NCBI GenBank assembly: GCA_951406725.2
Contig: OX597815.1
Coordinates: 81,344,001 to 81,408,000, forward strand
Length of the DNA: 64,000 nucleotides
Direction of reading: 5' to 3'
DNA from: Octopus vulgaris
Taxonomy: Eukaryota
Part shown: piece after piece, positions 51,552 through 64,000 of the stretch
Position numbering within the stretch: the stretch's first letter is position 1
Layout: every line of letters begins with the position of its first letter
The notes under the pieces: generated by a model
The model's input: only the letters and a program-made list of their open reading frames with translations
The model's database searches: none
What the model was told of the DNA's origin: nothing
Program-made: the position numbers and the translations under genes

Positions 51552-51705
51552 CTCCCTGCTTCCATTTCCTGAGCGCCTATTAATAATAATACTGTAATTG
51601 TTCCCTTGTTGTTGTCTCTTCTCTCCTCTCCCTCTCAGGTCAACCATCTTATCTTTCCTTCTCTCTCTGTTCCTCTATTTCACTCTCACTGCATCTCAGG
51701 CGAAA

Positions 51706-52511
51706 ATGTCAAGGAACTGGTCTACAAGGGAGTTGCAATTGTTCGTCTGCGCCTGGAAGATTGCCAAGAGTGACCCGCCAAACAATGTCATTGCAGCGGC
51801 GCTTAAGAGCAATGATTTTTCCAGGACCACCGCCCAGATAGAGCGAAAGAAAAGAGAATTCCTCCGTTCATACGCTCTAATCAGGCAACACATGGACACT
51901 CTGGATATCATCCTAGAGGTGACTGCACCAGGGAAGACCAAAAGGATGGAGAAAGCATCCAGGACCCAACAAAAAACACAACCGAGAAACCTGCAACCAA
52001 GGGAAACAATGGCACATGTCCAGCTCCCAACACAACTGAAGACCAAAGAGGTGCGATGGCCGCCAAAAAATGAAAGCACCCTAAAATCGACGGAAAACAA
52101 GAAGTAAAAGACAAGAAAACTAAAATAAACACTGTTCAGAAAAAAACAGAAGAACCCCAGCAAGAGCTACACGGGCAAAAAGCAGAAACATCTGCAAATT
52201 CTACCTGAAGGGAGACTGCTGGCATGGCGATGATGGTGCAAACTGTCGTTTTGCACATCAGAAGCCCTGCCAAAACCGCATGGACACAAGACAAAATCCC
52301 TCCCCGGGAGAACAAAAAAGAAAAAGAAAAATATAAAAGAAGGAAAAATGGCGCATTGACCACTCCTGAAAGACGATATGCGGATGTAGTGCGCGGTCCA
52401 AAAAAGATACTGTATAGCCCAACAAATGGTCAGCTTCATCCAGATGTGAGAAGGGCAGCAGCTGAACAGCAATCTTTTTATGCATGGCACAAAAAATTGT
52501 TCAGCAGCTGA
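51706..52511 (+). pseudogene. LINE ORF1 (frameshifted): Myb/SANT-like N-terminus, basic spacer, CCCH zinc finger
   Basis: MSRNWSTRELQLFVCAW..VIAAALKSNDFSRTTAQIERKKREFLRSY (51706-51873); CKFYLKGDCWHGDDGANCRFAH, C-x7-C-x8-C-x3-H (52193-52258); RRYADVVRG. Confidence 0.7.
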
Positions 52512-52572
52512 CCTGGCTACAAACACAAAGCTGGAACTATCACCACATAAGGCCACCACCAACAGATGCAGG

Positions 52573-55500
52573 ATGGCCACCACAGACACCAACACACACA
52601 CCACAAAAATATTTCTACTGAACGTAGGAGGGCTGCTGCGCAGCAACTGTAAAAGGAAAATATCATTCCTGAGAGACCTTGTGGCATGCAATCAAGCTAT
52701 ATGCATGGCACTCATAGAAACGCATCTTGGACCCGATATAGGGGATGCAGAAATCCACATACCGCAACATGCTGTCATACGCTCAGATAGAAAAGGGAGG
52801 AGCCATGGTGGAGTTGCAATATACATCCGAAATGACCTCACGGCCCAGGTCCTGTTGTCATATTCAAACTCAGTGTGTGACACTCAAATTGTACACATAA
52901 GACAACTGAATATCGTCATATGTACTACATGTCGCCCACCGGATGCCCCAAATCATACAGGCATGTTTGAAGACTGCCTAACAAAAATAGAAGTTCTCAC
53001 CAACCTGGAACAACACAACAGTGTATTCTTCATGGGTGACTTTAACTTCCCCAATGTGGAATGGCTTGAGGGGGCAGATGCTCCCAGAGATGACACACCA
53101 TCAGTAGACACAGGCAGAGTCTCTGCTCCATCTCACAAATGCCTCTTTCATGGAGCAAATAGTGCTGCAACCAACAAGGGCAGATAATATACTGGATCTC
53201 TGCTTCACAAACAATATGGATATTATGCATAATGTTAAAGTGATGCCGACAATGACCTCTAATCACAACATAATAGAGCTGTCTATGAATGGACCAAAAG
53301 CCCCCGCAGACACACAGCCTATACGAAGCATCCACAATCTCTCCAACTTAAACTTTCACAGCCAAAAAGCAAATTGGAAGTTGATCGAGAAAGGGATCCT
53401 CAAACAGGATTGGCCTAAATGTCTCTCCACACCGGACATTGACATGAAACACAAATGCTTCATGTCCATAATACAACAAGCCATATGTGACAAATATGTC
53501 CCAGTGTGCAGGGCCAGCACACACAAAAACAAAAACAGGGTCCCTAGAGAAAGGAAGATTCTTATGAGACGACGGACAAGGATTGCAAACCGCCTGAACA
53601 AGCACACCAAAAGTAGTGAGAAGTCTCGGCTCGAGAGAATGCTAATGGAAATTGAGAAAAGTGTGCATCAGTCTCATGAAAAGGAGAGAGCAGATAAAAG
53701 AAGCTTGGGTAATAGGAAATATAAAGTCAAACCCTAAAGCTTTCTTTAAGTTTGCCAAAGAGACAGCCACAGTGCTCCAGAGAATAGGACCTCTCTTCCA
53801 AAAAGATGGCTCCCTCACAGGAAATCCCACGAGGATAAGTGAAATACTGAACGAACAGTTCCAAAGTGTGTTCACTACACCTCTAGGACACAGGCAAGTA
53901 AACAACCCAGAAGAATTCTTTGTCACTTTACCTGCGGCCAAAGAGGCAAAAATTGAGTACATCAACATGGAAGATGATGATATCACGCTAGCCATAGATG
54001 AGATTGACACAAACTCAGCTGCTGGACCTGATGGATTCCCAGCGATCCTTCTCAAATCGTGCAAACGAGCCCTTGCAAAACCGCTACAGCTTCTTTTTCA
54101 GAGCTTTCTTGCAAGTGGTAAGCTCCCAGTCAAACTGAAAGAGGGGGTAATATGCCCTATCCATAAGGGAGGTAGCAGAGCAGATGCTAAAAATTATAGG
54201 CCTATCTCTCTGACCTCACACATCAGCAAAGTCATGGAACGAATAGTCCGTAAGAAACTAATCATGTTCCTTGAAGAAAATGACTTACTGTCTGACACCC
54301 AGCATGGATTTCGACCAGGTAGAGGCTGCCTAACACAGCTCCTGCAACACTATGACTGGGTGTTGAAACAGCTACTAAATGGCTCAAATGTGGATGTAAT
54401 ATATCTTGACTTTGCAAAAGCCTTTGATAAAGTCGACCATGGTATGATCTGTCACAAACTGCGTGGTCTCGGCATAGGCGGGAAACTTGGAGAGTGGCTG
54501 CACAACTTCCTAAAAGACAGAAAACAGGCAGTTGTGAGCAATGGAGCCACCTCCAGGGAAACGCAAATAACAAGCGGTGTCCCACAGGGCACTGTCTTGG
54601 GGCCACTGATGTTCATAGTGGCCCTTTCAGACATGCCTTCAGTTGCTACGATGACCACCCTTGCTAGCTATGCAGATGACACAAAAGTCTCCCACGCAAT
54701 ACAAAACCCTGAAAATATTGCGCATCTGCAACATGAGCTGGACACAATATACAGGTGGGCTGAGGACAACAACATGCAGTTTAATGCAGGTAAGTTCCAG
54801 GCCCTGCGCTACTGGCACACAAAGGTAAATGACGTGAAGACTGGATACACTGGCCCAGGAAGAATTGCAATCCCTGAGTCAAAATCAGTGCGTGACCTGG
54901 GCATTGACATGAGCAATGATGCATCTTTCCAAATGCATATTGCTAATCTGGTGATAAAATGCAGACGGCTAGCTGGATGGATTCTCCGAACTTTCAGAAC
55001 AAGAGAGAAGGAGACACTGATGGTCCTATGGAAAACATTTGTCCTCAGCCGCTTGGACTACTGCTCCCAACTTTGGTCACCACACAATATAAAACAAACA
55101 GCAGAACTCGAAGCAACTCAGAGAAGCTACACAAAGAAAATCGTCTCAATGCAAAATGTCAGCTACTGGGAAAGACTGAAGGTATTAAACCTCTTCTCCC
55201 TGGAGCGGAGGCGGGAGAGATATGCAGTGATATACATCTGGAAAATCCTGGAGGGTCTTGTCCCAAACTTTGGCATTCAAAGTTACTCCAACCGCAGAAC
55301 GGGGCGCCGCTGCGTGGTGCCAAGGATTCCAACATCACCATCAAAATACAGGTCCAGATACTGCAACAGCTTGGGTTTCAGAGGACCACAGCTCTTTAAC
55401 ATCCTCCCTAAATGCCTGAGAGACTTACATGGTGTGGATGTGGGTTTCTTTAAAACTAAACTGGATCTCTTCTTGTTGGGAGTCCCAGATGAACCTACCT

Positions 55501-55586
55501 CACGACAGGAGACACGGATGCGGGCAGCAGCATCGAACTCCCTTGTTGATCAAGTGCCACGTATCAGAGGTGGATTCACAAACTAG
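52573..55586 (+). pseudogene. LINE ORF2: AP endonuclease + reverse transcriptase, about 2 frameshifts (near 53075 and 53695)
   Basis: APE: LLNVGGL, LIETHL, RSDRKGRSHGGVAIYI, MGDFNFP, PTRADNILDLCF, SNHNII. RT: AAGPDG, NYRPISLTS, QHGFRPGR, YLDFAKAFDKVDH, SGVPQGTVLGP, YADDTK, RDLGI. C-terminus VPDEP..ASNSL. Confidence 0.95.
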
Positions 55587-55658
55587 TGTAGCTCATTCAG
55601 CGGTGGTGCCCCAGCATGGCCGCGGCCTTCGGGCTAAAACATTTTTAAGGATTTAAGG

Positions 55659-58845
<3,187 letters not shown>

Positions 58846-59953
58846 ATAGTGAGCGGTGTCCCGCAGGGCACTGTTTTGGGACCACTACTGTTCATAATGG
58901 CCCTCTCAGACATGCCCTCAGCCACGCAGAGAGCCACGATCACAAGTTATGCAGATGATACAAAAGTTTCACAGGCAATACAGAACCCTGAAGACACTAA
59001 GCACCTGCAATGTGAGCTGGACGAAATATACAAGTGGGCTGAAAAGAATAGCATGCAGTTCAATGCTGAAAAGTTTCAAGCTTTATACTATCAGCATGCA
59101 AAACTGAATGCAATACCCAATGAATACACTGGACCCAGAGGGATTGCAATCCCAGAGGCACAATCAGTGCGTGACCTGGGTATTCACATGAGTGATGACG
59201 CGACCTTTCATGTACATGTTGCTAAACTGACAATGAAATGTAGACGGCTGGCTGGATGGATTCTTAGAACCTTTAGAACAAGAGAACAAGAAACCATGAT
59301 GGTCCTCTGGAAGACACTTGTCCTAAGCCACTTTGACTATTGCTCTCAGCTATGGTCACCATCCAGTGTCAAGTTGATCACAGAACTTGAGGCGATCCAA
59401 TGAAGCTACACGAAGAAGATAGCCTCTGTGCAGCATATGAGCTACTGGGAGAGACTCAGAGATTAAAGCTCTATTCCCTGGAGCGTAGGCGAGAAAAGAT
59501 ATGCCATAATATATATCTGGAAGATCCTGGAAGGTCTTGTCCCAGACTTTGGCATCGAGAGTCACACAAACGCCAGAACCGGGACGCCACTGCGTAGGTA
59601 CCAACGACTCCAAATTTGACATCAAGATGTAGGACAAGATATTGTGATAGCCTGGGCTTCAGAGGCCCACGGCTCTTCAATATCCTCCCGAAGAACCTGA
59701 GGGACCTGCATGGTGTGGATGCGGATGTCTTTAAAGTAGGACTGGATCTCTTCCTGTCAGGTGTCCCGGATGAACCAACTTCACGGCAGGAGGTGCAGAT
59801 GAGGGCAGCTGCATCGAAGCCTCTCTCATGCATCAGATGGCATTTGCTAAAAAGCATCCGTGAGGTAAAACCTGTAGCAAACCAAATGGCGGTGCCCCAG
59901 CATGGCCAAAGCCCATTAGCTGAAACTGGAAAATCAAATCAAATCAAAAAAAA
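58846..59953 (+). mobile_element. 5'-truncated LINE of the same clade as 51620-55662 but a different subfamily
   Basis: Begins IVSGVPQGTVLGP, then [48 protein letters not shown]. Contains stops and frameshifts; tail is (AAATC)n. Confidence 0.93.
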
Positions 59954-59972
59954 TATAAATACATATACATAT

Positions 59973-60019
<47 letters not shown>

Positions 60020-60343
60020 CATACACATATACATATATATACACATATATACATATACATATATATACATACACATACATATATATACATACACATATAC
60101 ACACATATATACATATATACACATATATACATATATATATACACATATACATATATATATACACACATATACATATATACACATATACATATATACACAT
60201 ATACATATATACACATATACATACATATACAAATACATATATATACATATACATACATATATATATACATATATATATACATATACATATATATATACAC
60301 ATACATATATACACATATATATATACACACATATATACATATA

Positions 60344-61096
60344 TCTCTTATTATAAAAGGCAGATTTCATCTGCCTCCCTTTTGTCTCTTATAGAAATCT
60401 ACAATATAGGATTTCTTCAATTACAATTTACCTAGCATTTTTAAGAGTAGAATACATCGGGTCGTGCCAGGTACAGTTTTCAAATTTCACCCACAATTAA
60501 GCAAAATTTCGAGAAAACTCACATTGTGGTGTGTAAGTGAAGTGCTTTTCTTAGTGTGGGCTACAGCACACACACACAAACGGAGCGAACTGCTTTACTC
60601 ATGCTATCACCTAATTTCTCCTCCTTTCTCTTTGCAAGTGTGCAACGATTAAAGTGAAAGTATTTATATAAAACGGATGAACTGCTTCACTCATGCTATC
60701 AACATAATTTCTCATACTTTCTCTTTGCAAGTGTACCTTAAACCACTACTCAAAAAAAACACAGCAAACAGAAACAAATAAATACATAACGATTTACTCC
60801 TCACACAATTTCTTCAATTAGAGTTTACCTATGATTTTTCAAAGTACTTCCATTCGGTCATGGCATACAAAATTTCTTTCAATTTCACACCCATTTCAGA
60901 AAAATTCGAGAAAACTAAATATTTTATCATTTCACTCTTTCACTCTGCATATTACTCCCACTTCCTATTTACACACATAGACACGCAAATATATAAATAA
61001 AATTGTAAGCTAACGTGTGTGTGTGTGTGTGTGCATGCGTGTGTGTGAGTGTGTGACGAGGGATGAGCCAGTCAGACCGGTCATCCTTTTTGCTAG
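60344..61096 (+). mobile_element. Probable non-autonomous Helitron
   Basis: Starts A|TCTCTTATTATAAAA. Ends with hairpin AGGGATGA..TCATCCTT then CTAG (61093-61096). Internal diverged duplications at about 60411 vs 60808 and 60579 vs 60672. The base after CTAG is A rather than the usual T. Confidence 0.6.
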
Positions 61097-61894
61097 AAGA
61101 TCACCTATGGTCTTTTATTGCTACACCACTGGTTTCCAGTTCATATTAATCAAATTAATATTCACAACAAGAAGGACTATTCATTATAATACATCAGTGC
61201 CACACATTTACCCTGGTTCCATTTTGGACAACTGCACAAACATTTGCCATTTCACACATGTATGTAAACAAATTCCTTTCTTTAAAATTTCAATTCATTT
61301 TCTTTTTCAATTCATAAATATTATTTTATGATTACTATTATTATATTCACAAAGATATATGCATATGTATCTGTGGGTATCTCTTCCCCACTCTCTCTCT
61401 CTCTAAGCGTGGAGAAACATACATACATACATACCTGAATATGTATATGTGTGAGGGTGTGTATTAATAAACACCTCGTGTTTACAACCATGCATGTTGT
61501 CAGTATAGGCATGACTGTCACGATCTGAAGAAGGAATGCAGGAGGGAAAGACGCAAAGAGAGAGAGAGAGAGAGAGAGAGATCACTACGTTGTGCTATCT
61601 GTGAATGCTTTCGTCCCGTTTGCATTCCGCCATTAATTTGTTTGTCTGGGTAAATGGTGACATGGTGGCTGGTTGGCAATCTATTCAGGGGAACATTCAC
61701 ACATGCCTTTCATATAAGGGCATTAAATATATACGCACATGTCTGTAATAAATGTGCATGTATATATGTGTACATATATAGATACACGTGTCGTGTATAA
61801 GTGCATCGATAGATAGGTAGAGAGAGAGAGAAGTGGGGGCAGGTATTGTAAAACTAAAGTCAATACAGAATTTGCAAACAGTCTGACGCTCAGA

Positions 61895-62028
61895 ATTCAG
61901 TCTCCCAGCCAGGAAATGGCTGGCTGTTACTTTTTAAACTTCAAAATCACATAAATTTAACATTGATATATGAATCTGGGGGAGGGAGTATTATACGCAT
62001 ATATATATATATACACACACACACACAC

Positions 62029-62062
<34 letters not shown>

Positions 62063-62126
62063 TACATGTATATTTATATATGCATACATATAGTAAATAT
62101 ATATATATATACATATATATCACTAA

Positions 62127-62172
<46 letters not shown>

Positions 62173-62189
62173 TATATACACACATATAT

Positions 62190-62261
<72 letters not shown>

Positions 62262-62376
62262 TATATATATATATGCGTATATTACTCCCTCCCCCAGATT
62301 CATATATCAATGTTAAATTTATGTGATTTTGAAATTTAAAAAGTAACAACCAGCCATTTCCTGGCTCGGAGACTGA

Positions 62377-62378
<2 letters not shown>
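61895..62378. repeat. Inverted repeat with roughly 120-bp arms around a microsatellite spacer
   Basis: 61895-62017 is the reverse complement of 62259-62378, with about 4 substitutions counted by eye in the unique part. Confidence 0.93.
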
Positions 62379-62407
<29 letters not shown>

Positions 62408-62671
62408 AACACTGCATTGGCTGATAAATGTTATTTTATTCGTGGTTTCATGTTGAGAGAGATATCTCTTAACACTTATTCAAGTCTATCACATGCAGCA
62501 TATGTGTTTGTCTCCATCTTGAATGAAAACACAATCTGTATGTATTTATATATGTATGTATGTGTGTGTGTGTATATATATATATATATGAATGTGTATA
62601 TATATATATATGAATGTGTATATATATATGTATGTATGTATGTATGTATATATATGTATGTATATATGTGC

Positions 62672-62728
<57 letters not shown>

Positions 62729-63630
62729 TATATATATATGAAAAGATAATTGAGTCAAAGCTTTTATATTAATTGCAAATAAAATTTTTTTTCAAATATC
62801 AAATATGAAATGTAAATTCAAAATAGATAAAAATGCCATTTGGAAAAAAATGTTTTGTCTGGAATATAAAACAATCTGAATGAAAAACAAAAAAAAAAAA
62901 AATAGAATCATATATTTACAAGAATGAAAGTGAAGAAAGAAAATGATAATCCAAAACAGAAATGAAAGAAAAGTCACATGTAGTTTCAAAAAGCATTGTT
63001 ATAGAGAATGAACTGATAAGGAAACTTGGGGAGAAGAAGAGAAAAAGCAGTTAAATGATTTAGTGGCAGATCAAGTTCCATCTTTCTTTACTGATAATGC
63101 ACCATTAAGGTTTTGTTTAAGTAGACATTTAAATCTAAAAGCGCTCAAGTTGACCTTGTCATCCTAATTAGCAGAAGTACTTATTAAGCCAATGCAATTC
63201 TATAATGTATAATTACTTGAGTACCAATATAGTGCAGATTATCAAATGGTACTTATTTTGAAGGTATCAGCTTCAATTATGTAAAATAGTTATGCCAAGG
63301 CACATTCTTGGCTATAAATGAAAAAAGTGACCTTAAATTACTATTGACTCAGGACCTCTGAGAGAAGAGCTGAGTCCTGGTCAAGTTGGTTGTAAAGGTA
63401 ATAACACCAGTTAGTTTGATCCTTGACTGAACCTGCAAAGGTTTCCTCATAGAGCCAAATATCACATTGAGACTGTGATACAAAGTCATATCCATATAGA
63501 TGGATATCGCTATGCATACACACACATATATATACACACATACATATATATTAACATAAATATGTGTATGCAAACATACAAATATATGAACAGACATCTC
63601 AAAAGAAAATACACATACACACACACATGT

Positions 63631-63841
63631 ACTCTTTTACTTGTTTCAGTCATTTGACTGCGACCATGCTGGAGCACCGCCTTTAATCGAGCAACTCGAC
63701 CCCGGGACTTATTCTTTTGTAAGCCCAGTACTTATTCTATCGATCTCTTTTGCCGAACCGCTAAGTAACGAGGACATAAACACACCAGCATCGTTGTCAA
63801 GCAATGCTAGAGGGACAAACACAGACACACAAACACACACA

Positions 63842-63915
<74 letters not shown>

Positions 63916-64000
63916 CACATATATACGATGGGTTTCTTTTCAGTTTCCGTCTACCAAATCCACTCACAAGGCTTTGGTCGGCCCGAGGCTATAGTAGAAG
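63631..64000 (-). mobile_element. Main SINE family, young copy cut by the window end
   Basis: Nearly identical to 36390-36690 apart from a longer internal (AT)n. Confidence 0.92.

Larger units (their letters stand above)
46723..51615 (+). mobile_element. 5'-truncated Penelope-like retroelement, Neptune-like, with a roughly 2.9-kb (CA)-rich 3' region and terminal HHR
   Basis: RT + GIY-YIG ORF, a continuous C/A-rich strand bias, and a terminal segment homologous to the solo pLTR at 2362-2570. That the ORF and terminus form one element is inferred. Confidence 0.75.

Overview
AT-rich, microsatellite-laden eukaryotic DNA. The SINE families and repeat style point to a cephalopod (Octopus-like) genome; that assignment is inferred from recall, not from a search. 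No intact host protein-coding gene is recognisable: most listed ORFs are read-throughs of (AT)n, (CATA)n or (CA)n tracts. The real coding content is transposon-derived. There are two Penelope-like elements (PLEs): a Naiad-like fragment at 28.1-30.3 kb and a nearly intact Neptune-like RT + GIY-YIG copy at 46.7-51.6 kb. Each has a microsatellite-expanded 3' region ending in a minimal hammerhead ribozyme (HHR), one with a compensatory G3-C8 core swap; a solo HHR copy lies at 2.4 kb. A near full-length APE-RT LINE (Proto2-like, 51.6-55.7 kb) has an ORF1 carrying a Myb/SANT-like domain and a CCCH finger, and a second truncated relative lies at 58.8-60.0 kb. DNA transposons include a DD36E Tc1 element, a maT-like relic, a Tigger relic and a probable non-autonomous Helitron; many tRNA-derived SINEs are also present. 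Most notable points: (1) both LINEs and the commonest SINE share a 3'-terminal motif with a covarying hairpin, a candidate LINE-SINE partnership; (2) the unusual ORF1; (3) the ribozymes; (4) repeated insertion into (AT)n tracts, with palindromes at 32.2 and 61.9 kb; (5) a possible pair of divergent host first exons at 22-25 kb.
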